From Patescibacteria group bacterium (GTDB taxonomy: Bacteria > Patescibacteriota > WWE3 > UBA101185 > UBA10185), in assembly GCA_049322215.1 (NCBI GenBank), contig JBMORU010000001.1:516023-580022 (forward strand): a DNA stretch of 64,000 bases, written 5' to 3'. This document shows, one piece after another, positions 17,604 through 27,361 of this stretch. A program made the position numbers and the translations under genes. Every line of letters starts with the position of its first letter. Within the stretch, counting starts at the first letter, position 1. The notes under the pieces are model-generated. The model worked only from the letters and a program-made list of their open reading frames with translations, was not told the origin of the DNA and ran no database searches.

Positions 17604-19052
17604 ATGTTTAAAAATTTATATTTTAGATTAGGATTAATAACTGCAATAGCCACAACAGCCATACTTATGGCTTTGCCAAGAATACCCATTAATATTCATA
17701 AATGGGGTATAAACCTAAACTCGTATATTGGAGGTTACTATTTGAGTTTTTTTGATGGTCGCTATACCTTAGATTTAACAGAACTAAAAAAAGGTTTAGA
17801 TTTAGAAGGCGGGGTCAAGATTGTATTACAAGCAAAAATGGATTCTATTGCAGAAGAAGATAGAGACTCTGCAATAGTGTCTGCACGAGAAGTAATTGCA
17901 CGTCGTGTTGACTTTTTAGGTGTAGCTGAAGCTTCAATAAATACCTCAAAAATTGGAGATTCTTACAGAATAAACGTAGAAATACCTGGGATAGATAATA
18001 TCTCTGAAGCAATTTCTATTATTGGTAAAACAGCACAGCTTAATTTTAAGATACTAAATGAGGATGTAGAGTGGAGCGAAGAAAGGTTTCAAGAGTTAAT
18101 TTTTGATTCAACACAATGGTCAGATTCAGGTTTAACTGGCGCAGATTTGCGTGGTGTTGATGTAGTATTCCAAAATCAAGGTTATGGAGGTTCTCAAGGT
18201 TTATCAAACTCTCCTTCAATACAATTGAGATTTACTAACGAAGGACGTGAAAAATTTTCTAAATTAGCTCAAACACAAATAGGTAAGCCTATTGCACTAT
18301 ATTTAGATGAAGACGCGTTACCCATATCCGCTCCAATTGTTAACGAATCCCTTGCTGACGATTTGTATTCTGACCCGATTATTAGTGGAAACTTTAATTT
18401 AGAAGAAGCGCAGGCACTAAGCTTGCAAATAAGAGCAGGTGCTTTACCTGTTCCTGTCGAAATTGTAGAGCAACAAAATATTGGCGCTACCTTAGGAGAT
18501 GAATCGATTAATACAAGTTTTTTTGCGGGGATAGTAGGTTTAATAATAATCATGGTTTATATGGTTTTTGCTTATGGTCGTTTAGGATTTATTGCAAACA
18601 TAGCTTTGGCAATTTATGCTTTTTTGGTTTTGGCAATATTTAAAATTGTTCCAGTAGTTTTAACACTTCCAGGAATTGCTGGTTTTATTTTGTCTATAGG
18701 TATGGCATCTGATGCTAATATTTTAATATTTGAGCGTATAAAAGAAGAAATTTCGTGGGGTAAACCTAGAGGTTTGGCAATAAAGTTTGGCTTTGAAAGA
18801 GCTTGGACATCTATAAAGGATTCTAATATTTCTTCACTTCTTACTGCATTTGTATTATTTTATTTTGGTACTGGCCCTGTTCGAGGTTTTGCTCTAACGC
18901 TAGCTATAGGTATATTAGTTTCTTTATTTACTTCTATTTTTGTAACTCATACTTTAATTCGTTTGTTCGATTCAGGTTTGCGTGGTTCTGAGGTTGAGGT
19001 CATTAAAACCAGTTCGCGTAGAAATCGCTTAAGAAGGAGAAGTTTAAAATGA
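17604..19052 (+). CDS. secD: protein translocase subunit SecD
   Basis: It is 482 aa with an N-terminal TM, a periplasmic domain (LDLEGGVKIVLQA) and a C-terminal 6-TM bundle. Confidence 0.85.
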   Translation: MFKNLYFRLGLITAIATTAILMALPRIPINIHKWGINLNSYIGGYYLSFFDGRYTLDLTELKKGLDLEGGVKIVLQAKMDSIAEEDRDSAIVSAREVIARRVDFLGVAEASINTSKIGDSYRINVEIPGIDNISEAISIIGKTAQLNFKILNEDVEWSEERFQELIFDSTQWSDSGLTGADLRGVDVVFQNQGYGGSQGLSNSPSIQLRFTNEGREKFSKLAQTQIGKPIALYLDEDALPISAPIVNESLADDLYSDPIISGNFNLEEAQALSLQIRAGALPVPVEIVEQQNIGATLGDESINTSFFAGIVGLIIIMVYMVFAYGRLGFIANIALAIYAFLVLAIFKIVPVVLTLPGIAGFILSIGMASDANILIFERIKEEISWGKPRGLAIKFGFERAWTSIKDSNISSLLTAFVLFYFGTGPVRGFALTLAIGILVSLFTSIFVTHTLIRLFDSGLRGSEVEVIKTSSRRNRLRRRSLK

Positions 19053-19942
19053 ATTTAATGCGTTTTGGAAAGTGGTACTTATTATTTTCTTTATTAATTA
19101 TGCTTCCTGGAATTATTTCTTTGGCAAAATTTGGCTTAAATTTAAGCATAGACTTTACGGGTGGTTCTGTATTTGAGTATTCTTTTACTACTGATTCCAA
19201 ACCATCTACTGAGGAAATAGTAGATCTATTTAGAAAAAATGGGCTAGATGTAAAAAAGGTTAAATATGTAACTGATTCGAGAATTCAATTACAGACTAAT
19301 TCTGTAGATACTACTACTAACGATTTAGTGACCAATGCAGTATTAAATGTTTATCCAAACACAACACAAGACTTATTTGAAACTGTAGGCCCTGCTGTTG
19401 GAAGTGAAACCCAAAGAAAATCATTTATGGCTATTTTTGTTGCAATGTTAGGTATTTTGGTTTACATAGCTTATGCATTTAGAAATATACCCAAGCCCTA
19501 TAAAAGTTACAAATTTGGTGTTTCTGCTTTAGTAGCAATGTTGCATGATGTGTTAGTTGTAGTAGGTATATTTTCAATATTAGGCGTAATTTATGGATAT
19601 GAAGTAGATTCTTTGTTTATTACTGCTTTATTAACAGTAATTGGGTTTTCTGTACATGACTCAATTGTTGTATTTGACCGCGTTAGGGAAAACCTTCTAA
19701 AGCTTTCTAAAACAAGTACATTTGAGAATGTTGTTAATTTTTCTTTAGTTGAAACTTTAAACAGGTCGCTAGCAACTTCATTTACGGTTTTAATTGTGCT
19801 ATTTTCTTTGTTCCTTTTAGGAGGTGCAAGCATAAAAGTTTTTGTTTTAGCCCTTCTCGTCGGAATACTATCTGGCACTTACTCTTCAATATTTACAGCC
19901 TGTCCTATTTTGGTATTGTGGGAACATAGAAATAAAAAATAA
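19049..19942 (+). CDS. secF: protein translocase subunit SecF
   Basis: It overlaps secD by 4 nt and has SecF topology (IDFTGGSVFEY...). Confidence 0.85.
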   Translation: MNLMRFGKWYLLFSLLIMLPGIISLAKFGLNLSIDFTGGSVFEYSFTTDSKPSTEEIVDLFRKNGLDVKKVKYVTDSRIQLQTNSVDTTTNDLVTNAVLNVYPNTTQDLFETVGPAVGSETQRKSFMAIFVAMLGILVYIAYAFRNIPKPYKSYKFGVSALVAMLHDVLVVVGIFSILGVIYGYEVDSLFITALLTVIGFSVHDSIVVFDRVRENLLKLSKTSTFENVVNFSLVETLNRSLATSFTVLIVLFSLFLLGGASIKVFVLALLVGILSGTYSSIFTACPILVLWEHRNKK

Positions 19943-19944
19943 AT

Positions 19945-21600
19945 ATGAACAACTGGAATATACTCCGTACAAAACAAGAATCAGATGAAATATTGGATCT
20001 AATTTTAAGCAACAGAGGTTTATCTGAGAAACAAGCTAGAGAAGATTTTCTAAGTCCGCCTTCTGTAAAAGAACTTCTTAAAAAATTTCCTTTTGAGTTT
20101 AAAAAAGCATTAAAAGATGCAAAAAGAATAGTTACTGAGGCTATAGAAAAGGACATACCGATAGTTATTTATGGTGACTATGATGCAGATGGTGTTTGTG
20201 CTACCGCAATAATGTACAAAACTATTAAATATGAGTTAGCTTACGATAGGTGCTTTTACTTTATACCAAATAGATTTGAGCACGGTTATGGGCTCTCTAA
20301 AAAAGCAATAGATTTAATTTTAAAAAAGGCAAAGTCTGCGTACGATACGGATAATGGCATATTAATGATTACTGTTGATACAGGTATAACAGGTGTTGAA
20401 GAAGTTGCTTATGCTAGAGAATTAAACTTTACTGTAATAGTAACAGACCACCATCAACAACCCGAAGTATTACCTCCTGCTAATTGCATTGTATGGGAAG
20501 ACCAAATAGTAGGCTCTGGCATTGCTTGGATTTTTTCTAGAGTTTTGGGTTCTTCAGATAATACCTTTTTGTCCTTAGCGGCAATAGCAACTGTCACAGA
20601 TTTGCAACCGTTGCTTGGTTTTAACAGATCTCTTGTTAAAAGAGGGCTTGAACTTTTAAACAAAGAGGCTCCTTTAGGAATAAAAGTACTGTTGGAAGAG
20701 TCGGGTACAAATGCCACTGAAATAACAACTTATCATTTGGGTTGGGTTATTGGACCTCGCTTAAATGCTAGTGGTAGATTGGTAGATGCTTCTGAATCAT
20801 TAGATTTATTAATAAGTAGAGATGCTGATAATATTAAGAGTTTGGCATCCCAACTGAATGAAATCAATAATTCCCGTCAAGAGAAAACACAAGAAATGTA
20901 CACTTTAATAGGAAGTTATCGCACTGAATCAGTTCCAAATATAATTATTTCAGATCACGATCAATTTCACGAAGGAATAATAGGTTTAGTTGCCTCAAAG
21001 CTAGTACAAAAATACTATCGACCAAGCATTGTTATAAGTACCTCAGAGGAAATTGGTAAAGGGTCTGCTCGTTCCATACCCGGGATAAACATAATTGAAA
21101 CATTAAGAAAATTTGATAACTTGTTTTTAAACTTAGGGGGACATCCCATGGCGGCTGGATTTTCGATTGAAAAAAATAATATCTTAGAGCTTAAAGAATC
21201 GCTGTTAAATTATGCTTTGATAGAGTTTACTGCGGAACAATTAATTCCAGAACTTACAGTAGATGTGGAATTACCTTTTGAAAGTATTGAGGATCATTTT
21301 TTGAACGATTTAGAGGAGCTTAAACCATATGGTATTGGAAATAAGGAACCTTTGTTTTTATCAAGAAAACTGGGAGTGTTAGATATAAGGTGGGTAGGGA
21401 AAACTGGAGCACACTTATCTTTGAAGTTGTTTTCTAAAGGCATTACCAGAAAGGCAGTTTTTTTTGGAGCTAAGGAACATAAAGTTGCTGCTTTATTGAA
21501 GGAAGGTGATTTAATAGACGCAGTGTTTAAAATTGAACGCAACGATTTTAATGGTAGAAGTTATTTAAATATTCAAATAGTTGACTTAAGATTTAATTAA
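19945..21600 (+). CDS. recJ: single-stranded-DNA-specific exonuclease RecJ
   Basis: It has DHH motifs (IVIYGDYDADGVCAT, TVDTGI, IVTDHHQ), a DHHA1 (GGHPMAAG) and a C-terminal OB region. Confidence 0.85.
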   Translation: MNNWNILRTKQESDEILDLILSNRGLSEKQAREDFLSPPSVKELLKKFPFEFKKALKDAKRIVTEAIEKDIPIVIYGDYDADGVCATAIMYKTIKYELAYDRCFYFIPNRFEHGYGLSKKAIDLILKKAKSAYDTDNGILMITVDTGITGVEEVAYARELNFTVIVTDHHQQPEVLPPANCIVWEDQIVGSGIAWIFSRVLGSSDNTFLSLAAIATVTDLQPLLGFNRSLVKRGLELLNKEAPLGIKVLLEESGTNATEITTYHLGWVIGPRLNASGRLVDASESLDLLISRDADNIKSLASQLNEINNSRQEKTQEMYTLIGSYRTESVPNIIISDHDQFHEGIIGLVASKLVQKYYRPSIVISTSEEIGKGSARSIPGINIIETLRKFDNLFLNLGGHPMAAGFSIEKNNILELKESLLNYALIEFTAEQLIPELTVDVELPFESIEDHFLNDLEELKPYGIGNKEPLFLSRKLGVLDIRWVGKTGAHLSLKLFSKGITRKAVFFGAKEHKVAALLKEGDLIDAVFKIERNDFNGRSYLNIQIVDLRFN

Positions 21601-21639
21601 CCTGACTTTTATGCTAAAATTTCACAAACAGTAAATGCA

Positions 21640-21806
21640 AAAGAGACCGCTATGCGGGGTGACGCTCTTTAAACAATGTTATGCAGTCTGCTGAAAAGGC
21701 AGAACGGGTATGCCCGTAATAGCTTAAATTAAGTAGTCCTTGTGGGCAAGAGAAGGTTGGCACCTTCCATGAAAATGGAACCTCTCGCATATGCGGGAGT
21801 TTTTTT
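21640..21806 (+). ncRNA. structured 5' leader upstream of aspS with several hairpins and an intrinsic terminator (T-box-like candidate)
   Basis: Hairpins seen are tctgc-tgaaaag-gcaga, acggg-tatg-cccgt and cttg-tggg-caag. A UGGAACC heptamer (21774-21780) matches the T-box UGGNACC consensus. The terminator is CUCUCGC-AUAU-GCGGGAG plus U7 at 21782-21806, about 50 nt before the aspS start. Confidence 0.4.
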
Positions 21807-21855
21807 GTATTAAGCTTAAAAACTTCTTGTAAAAGTACTTATTTAGAAGGAAATT

Positions 21856-23157
21856 ATGTCAAAAGAGCAAAAAAGGATAATGATTTCTGCCCTCAAAGAA
21901 AAAGTGGGCGAGCAAGTAGTTATAAAGGGTTTTGTACACGTAATACGAAATCAGGGAAAAATTAAGTTTGTGATTATACGAGATATTTCTGGTCAAGTGC
22001 AGTGTGTAGTGCTCAAGGATTCCACTGCATTTAATGTTGTGGACTCATTAAGCCATGAATATGTAGTTGAAGTGCACGGTTTAGTAAAAGAAGAAAAACA
22101 AGCTCCAGGGGGCTTTGAAATTGAAACAAAGGAAATTATTGTTTTATCCGAGGCTGACCCACAGCTTCCTATTCCCGTAATAGTTGAAAAAGGTGGTGAA
22201 GAACCAGAAACTGCAAAAAGATTTGATTATAGATGGTTAGATTTACGTAGAGAAGAAAAAAGGAAGATATTTGAAGTATGGACCTCGCTAGAAAAAGGTT
22301 TTAGGGACTTCATAAACGATAGTGGTTATATTCAGGTTTACACGCCGTCTTTAATGATGTCTCCAAGTGAGTCTGGATCCGAGGTGTTTGAAGTAAAATA
22401 TTTTGATCGTTTAGCTTATTTGGCGCAATCGCCTCAATTTTACAAGCAGCTAGGTATGGCCGCCGGATTCGAAAAAGTTTTTATGATTGGCCCTGTTTTT
22501 AGAGCTGAACCTTCATTTACAACTAGGCACATGACTGAATTTACTGGGTGGGATTTTGAATTATCTTACATAGAATCTCACCACGACGTAATGGATGAGG
22601 AAGAAAAAATGCTCATAGCAGGTTTTACTCGTTTAAAAAACGAAGCTTTAGTTGATGTCGAAATTCCTTCAAGACCTTTTCCTAGAATCACTATGAAAGA
22701 GGCTAAAGAAAAATTGAAAAAAGCAGGAATTCTCGGCGATAAAGAGCACGACTTAAGTCCGGAAGAAGAACGTGAAATAAGCAACATAGTAAAAGAAGAA
22801 ACAGGACATGATTTTGTATTTCTAATTGATTGGGATATTAGTATACGTCCTTTTTATCACATGCGTCATGAAGATAATAAATCGTTAACAAAGAGCTTTG
22901 ACTTATTGTATAAAGGATTAGAAATAACAACAGGTGCTCAACGTGAGCATAGGGCTGATGTATTAATAGCGCAGGCCAAAGAAAAAGGTATGGAATTAAG
23001 CGAAATTGATTACTATATTGAATTTTTCAGGTATGGATGTCCTCCACATGGTGGGGGTGGAATAGGCCCCGGAAGAATAATTATGCAGTTATTAGATTTG
23101 CCAAGTGTAAAAGAAGCGACTTACTTACCTAGAGATGTGAAGCGCTTAGCTCCTTAG
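21856..23157 (+). CDS. aspS: aspartyl-tRNA synthetase, archaeal/short type (class IIb; AsnRS not excluded)
   Basis: It is 433 aa with an N-terminal OB anticodon-binding domain and class II motifs (FRAE, ...GGGIG...). It is too short for a bacterial-type AspRS with GAD insertion. Confidence 0.75.
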   Translation: MSKEQKRIMISALKEKVGEQVVIKGFVHVIRNQGKIKFVIIRDISGQVQCVVLKDSTAFNVVDSLSHEYVVEVHGLVKEEKQAPGGFEIETKEIIVLSEADPQLPIPVIVEKGGEEPETAKRFDYRWLDLRREEKRKIFEVWTSLEKGFRDFINDSGYIQVYTPSLMMSPSESGSEVFEVKYFDRLAYLAQSPQFYKQLGMAAGFEKVFMIGPVFRAEPSFTTRHMTEFTGWDFELSYIESHHDVMDEEEKMLIAGFTRLKNEALVDVEIPSRPFPRITMKEAKEKLKKAGILGDKEHDLSPEEEREISNIVKEETGHDFVFLIDWDISIRPFYHMRHEDNKSLTKSFDLLYKGLEITTGAQREHRADVLIAQAKEKGMELSEIDYYIEFFRYGCPPHGGGGIGPGRIIMQLLDLPSVKEATYLPRDVKRLAP

Positions 23158-23158
23158 A

Positions 23159-23617
23159 ATGGAAGTATTAAATAAAATAAAAGCACTCTTAAGCGAATAT
23201 GAAATTCAGTATGAACTGCTTCAGCATGAAGCAGTTCATACAAGTGCTGACGCTGCAAAAATACGAGATACTGATATTTCTATGGGAGCAAAGGCGTTAA
23301 TATTTTATGCTGATGGATCAAATATTTTGCTTGTAGTTCCGGGAAATGAGCGAGTGAATACTAAAAAGTTTAAAAAACAGTTAAACGTAAAAGACATGTA
23401 TATGCTGCATCCCGATGAAGTTCACAAAATCACTGGTTTAAAGGTAGGTTCTATACCACCTTTGGGTAAAATACTAGGGCTTAAGTCATATTTTGATATT
23501 TCATTTAAAGAAAAGGACAAAGTTGCATTTAATGCAGGCTCTTTAACCCATTCAATTGTTATGCAGGCATCTGATTTACTTAAAGTTGAGAATCCTCGGA
23601 TTTTGGAGATTACATGA
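23159..23617 (+). CDS. ybaK: YbaK/ProX-family aminoacyl-tRNA deacylase (trans-editing domain)
   Basis: It is 152 aa with a YbaK fold sequence (GAKALIFYADGSNILLVVPGNERVNTKKF...KVGSIPPLG). Confidence 0.7.
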   Translation: MEVLNKIKALLSEYEIQYELLQHEAVHTSADAAKIRDTDISMGAKALIFYADGSNILLVVPGNERVNTKKFKKQLNVKDMYMLHPDEVHKITGLKVGSIPPLGKILGLKSYFDISFKEKDKVAFNAGSLTHSIVMQASDLLKVENPRILEIT

Positions 23618-24657
23618 GTTTCGGAATAAAAATACGCATTTGGTTTATTTTAGGCATGTTACGTGTTTTGTTGTTAATTGAGTACCTTGGAACTTTTCCT
23701 GAACGCTTATTATCAAGCAGTTCTCGCTTAATTGCTTATGCAATAATAGTAATTTCCTTATTTACCGGATTTTATTTAGAAACTAAAAATGCGGGTGATT
23801 TTATTTACTACTATACTCCGAAACATCACCACGGAAGCATTCAGAAGGTTTTAGGTGCTTCAAAAGTAACCTTACCTATCAAAATTAGTGAAAACAGTCT
23901 TCCTGACTTTGATGCTCAGGCAATATATGCAGTTGATATAGTAAATAATCAAGTTTTGGTAAGTAATAATATATATACCAAACTTCCACCTGCTTCAACC
24001 GCAAAGTTGTTAACAGCTTTAGTATCTTTAGATATATACAGGATAGATGAAATAATTGTAGTTCCTGAGTTGTGTACTTTAGTTGAAAGTCAAAAAGCAG
24101 GTTTATACGCATTTGAGAGCCTTTCTGTAGCTGACTTACTTGATCTATTGCTTATTGGATCTGCAGGAGATGCTGCATGTACTTTATCAGTGGGTAAAAT
24201 ATCTCAAGAAGAATTTGTTGTAAAAATGAACCAAAAAGCTCAAGTATTAGGGTTAAAAAATTCTAACTTTACCAACCCCGTAGGTTTAGATGATGAACTT
24301 GGCAACAATTATTCTACTGCCTATGATTTATATTTGCTTTCTAAAGCAGCTATTTCTGATGATTATATTAAGCAAATTGTTGTTAAAAAAGAAGTAAGCG
24401 TACTTACGAGTTTAGAACGCGCTGTTTACATGAATACCACTAACGATCTTCTCTTAGAAATTCCCCAAACTTTAGGTATAAAAACAGGACGCACTACAGG
24501 TGCTGGTGAGGTTTTATCCTACATGTATGGTGACGAAAAAAAGAAGATAATAATAATTGTTATGGGTAGTGCTAACAGAGCGCAAACTACAAAACAGATA
24601 CTTTCATGGATCCTAGAAAATTATAGTTGGGAACTGCCTACTGAAGAATCAAAATAA
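23614..24657 (+). CDS. dacA: D-alanyl-D-alanine carboxypeptidase (peptidase S11, PBP5-like)
   Basis: An N-terminal TM is followed by SxxK (PASTAK) and KTG (IKTGRT) boxes. Confidence 0.7.
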   Translation: MSFGIKIRIWFILGMLRVLLLIEYLGTFPERLLSSSSRLIAYAIIVISLFTGFYLETKNAGDFIYYYTPKHHHGSIQKVLGASKVTLPIKISENSLPDFDAQAIYAVDIVNNQVLVSNNIYTKLPPASTAKLLTALVSLDIYRIDEIIVVPELCTLVESQKAGLYAFESLSVADLLDLLLIGSAGDAACTLSVGKISQEEFVVKMNQKAQVLGLKNSNFTNPVGLDDELGNNYSTAYDLYLLSKAAISDDYIKQIVVKKEVSVLTSLERAVYMNTTNDLLLEIPQTLGIKTGRTTGAGEVLSYMYGDEKKKIIIIVMGSANRAQTTKQILSWILENYSWELPTEESK

Positions 24658-25806
24658 GGGGTCGTCGCTACCTGAGTTGTTAGTAGAATTCTCTTTAATG
24701 TAACTGCCGTCTAATGCAGGGAAATATATAACAATATCTCCCTCATCCCCACTTGAAATATAATTTCCCTCAAATACATATATAGGTTGCAAGTATTTTT
24801 GTGGTTTTTTACTGTCGTAGTAGGCTATATATATTTTGTTTATTAGTACCCTTTCTACCCTTAGGGGTTTGTATTCTTCAAATGGGCTTTTGTCATTTGA
24901 TGTAACGCTTGCAATCACTCCTTGCCCTGAAGAAACAGCATTCCATGCTTCGGTAACAGAAATAATGGGGTACGTCGCGTTTGATGTTGGGTTGATTTCC
25001 CAATAATTGGCCTTAACGTTTAAAAAATCTACATTACCTCTTCCTCGCATGCCTAAAGTAACGGTCATTAGTCCTTCTGTTGGGTCAGGTCCTAAAATAG
25101 GATATGTTTTAATCTTTCTTGTAAAATCCACTTTTGCTATTTGTGCGTCTAGTGCAGTGCTTGTTTCTAAAATTTCTCCTCTTACAAATTTGCCTAAAGT
25201 TACATTTTTAGATCCTTCAATATAAAGCTCATCTTCATATCTGTTTAGGTTAGTAACTAACTCCTCAGCCACTTTAATTGCTTCCTGTGCCGTTAAAATA
25301 CCTGTAGGGTAAAGAGTTCCTTTATTGGTGAGGTTAGTTATCTTTTCTAGTTCCCCTGTGTTTATTATTATTTCTAACTCGCTTCCAAATTGCGCATTTC
25401 TCCATGTATATACATCGCCCTCTAAGTTAGATGTCAGATCTGCATCGGTGAAGCCCAAAACACTTGCATCTCGTTGGGCATCTTTGCCTGCCGAAAAGGA
25501 AAATCCCGATTCTACGTATGTATATACTGTAAGTTTTTCAGGGATATTTCCTGGAAGCCTTCCTGACTGTGTGTTTAATTCAAATCTGATAGTTGGGTTA
25601 ACTACTCTTTTTTCAATAAATTCTAGGGGTTCTAGCAAACCAAAAATTGGTGTAGGTGGATCATCCGGAGGAAATAAACTTAAATAAATTTTTTGTAGTC
25701 CTGGCCTTGATATATAGAAGACAATAAGCAAAAGCACAAATATAATTGTGCCGGCAATAATCTTTCGTGCCACAGAAGACATTTGTACTAAATTCATAGA
25801 CATCAA
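24649..25806 (-). CDS. hypothetical membrane-anchored extracytoplasmic protein
   Basis: It is 385 aa with one N-terminal TM helix and no recognised domain. Confidence 0.4.
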   Translation of the reverse strand: MMSMNLVQMSSVARKIIAGTIIFVLLLIVFYISRPGLQKIYLSLFPPDDPPTPIFGLLEPLEFIEKRVVNPTIRFELNTQSGRLPGNIPEKLTVYTYVESGFSFSAGKDAQRDASVLGFTDADLTSNLEGDVYTWRNAQFGSELEIIINTGELEKITNLTNKGTLYPTGILTAQEAIKVAEELVTNLNRYEDELYIEGSKNVTLGKFVRGEILETSTALDAQIAKVDFTRKIKTYPILGPDPTEGLMTVTLGMRGRGNVDFLNVKANYWEINPTSNATYPIISVTEAWNAVSSGQGVIASVTSNDKSPFEEYKPLRVERVLINKIYIAYYDSKKPQKYLQPIYVFEGNYISSGDEGDIVIYFPALDGSYIKENSTNNSGSDDPLF

Positions 25807-25846
25807 AGCTATCTTACCACAGTAGTAAGTGTGTTAAAATGCCCAT

Positions 25847-27313
25847 ATGAAAGTAAGAACTAGAATGGCACCAAGCCCTACCGGTGGGTTTCATATTGGA
25901 GGTATGCGTACCTTACTGTATGATTTAGCACTTGCCCGCCATTACAATGGGAAATTTATTTTACGAATAGAAGATACAGATCAGAATAGGTATGTAGAAG
26001 GTGCCGTAGAAGAGTTATTAAATCTTTTAAAAGATATGGACATATCTTACGATGAGGGTCCTGTTGTAGGTGGCCCGCATGCGCCCTATGTTCAGTCTGA
26101 GCGTAAAGACATTTATAAAAAGTATGCCCAAAAATTAGTTGACTCCGAACATGCATATTATTGTTTTTGTACTTCTGAGCGTTTGGCTACTTTGCGAAAA
26201 GAGCAACAAGAAAATAAACAACCCACCCGATATGATAGGCATTGTTTAAGTCTATCAAAAGAGCAAGTAACTTCTAACTTGGAATCTAATATGCCCTACA
26301 CAATTAGGTTTAAAATGCCTCACGGTGAAAAAGTGTTTTTTAAAGATATGGTATATGGAGATTTAACCTTTGAGGCCGCTGAACTAGATGATCAAATTTT
26401 GCTCAAATCGGATGGTTTTCCAACTTACCATCTAGCGGTTGTTGTAGATGACCACCTTATGGATATTACTCATATACTAAGAGGCAATGACTGGTTACCT
26501 TCTACCCCTAAGCACATACTGTTATATAAAGCCTTTGGTTGGGATATTCCGGTGCATGCTCATTTACCTAATTTAAAAGAAGCTGGTGAATCCAAAAAAC
26601 TTTCTAAAAGGCATGGTGCTGTTTTAGTTGAACAATTTTTGGAAGAGGGTTATTTACCTTCGGCACTCCTTAATTTTTTAATGTTTCTAGGGTGGAACCC
26701 GGGAACAGACCGGGAAATTTACTCCCTTGAAGAGTTTTATTCAGACTTTACTGTAGAAAGACTACACAAAACAGACTTGGTTGTTTTTGATAGGCAAAAA
26801 CTTTTATGGCTAAATGGCCAGTATATTAGAAACCTTTTACCCGTAGACTTGTTTAATGAAGTCAAAAAGTGGGCAGATAGAACAAATACGCTTATATACG
26901 GGGAAAATGCTAATTCTGAGTATATTTTTGCAGCGTTAAGCTTGGTTCAAGAAAGAATGAAGCTTTTATCTGAGTACAATGAATTAACGCATTATTTTTA
27001 TAAAAAGCCTACTGTAGATAAAATGCTATTGATTAAACAAGCAAAAGATTCTAAAAGAGCAAACAATATACTAACTGAGTTGAGTAATATTCTTCAAGAA
27101 TGCAGCGATACCTGGAACATTCAGACTTTACACGATAAATGTTACGAATATGTGCAAGATTCAGATTATAAACCTAAAGAAGCATTTATGACTCTTCGTG
27201 TTGCCATTACTGGAGAAGTTGCTTCCCCTCCCATTTTCGATGTTATACACTTGTTAGGTTCTCAAGAAACTATTTCCAGGATTGGTTTAGCTCAAGAACT
27301 TCTTGAAAGTTAG
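25847..27313 (+). CDS. gltX: glutamyl-tRNA synthetase
   Basis: It has the HIGH box (PTGGFHIGG) and KMSKS (KLSKR). Confidence 0.9.
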   Translation: MKVRTRMAPSPTGGFHIGGMRTLLYDLALARHYNGKFILRIEDTDQNRYVEGAVEELLNLLKDMDISYDEGPVVGGPHAPYVQSERKDIYKKYAQKLVDSEHAYYCFCTSERLATLRKEQQENKQPTRYDRHCLSLSKEQVTSNLESNMPYTIRFKMPHGEKVFFKDMVYGDLTFEAAELDDQILLKSDGFPTYHLAVVVDDHLMDITHILRGNDWLPSTPKHILLYKAFGWDIPVHAHLPNLKEAGESKKLSKRHGAVLVEQFLEEGYLPSALLNFLMFLGWNPGTDREIYSLEEFYSDFTVERLHKTDLVVFDRQKLLWLNGQYIRNLLPVDLFNEVKKWADRTNTLIYGENANSEYIFAALSLVQERMKLLSEYNELTHYFYKKPTVDKMLLIKQAKDSKRANNILTELSNILQECSDTWNIQTLHDKCYEYVQDSDYKPKEAFMTLRVAITGEVASPPIFDVIHLLGSQETISRIGLAQELLES

Positions 27314-27361
27314 TTTGAGAACTCTTTAAATTAGTTTTATTATATTAAGTAGAAGTTAATT

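Noticed and set aside
21640-21780. SRP (4.5S) RNA or 6S RNA in the recJ-aspS spacer
   Set aside because: An AAGGCAGAA segment weakly recalls SRP RNA domain IV, but no GNRA-capped helix 8 or other SRP features are present. A leader/attenuator is more parsimonious.
25007-25687. Two plus-strand ORFs (72 and 120 aa) inside the minus-strand 385-aa gene
   Set aside because: They are antisense to the longer ORF and are S/P/G-rich with low-complexity translations.
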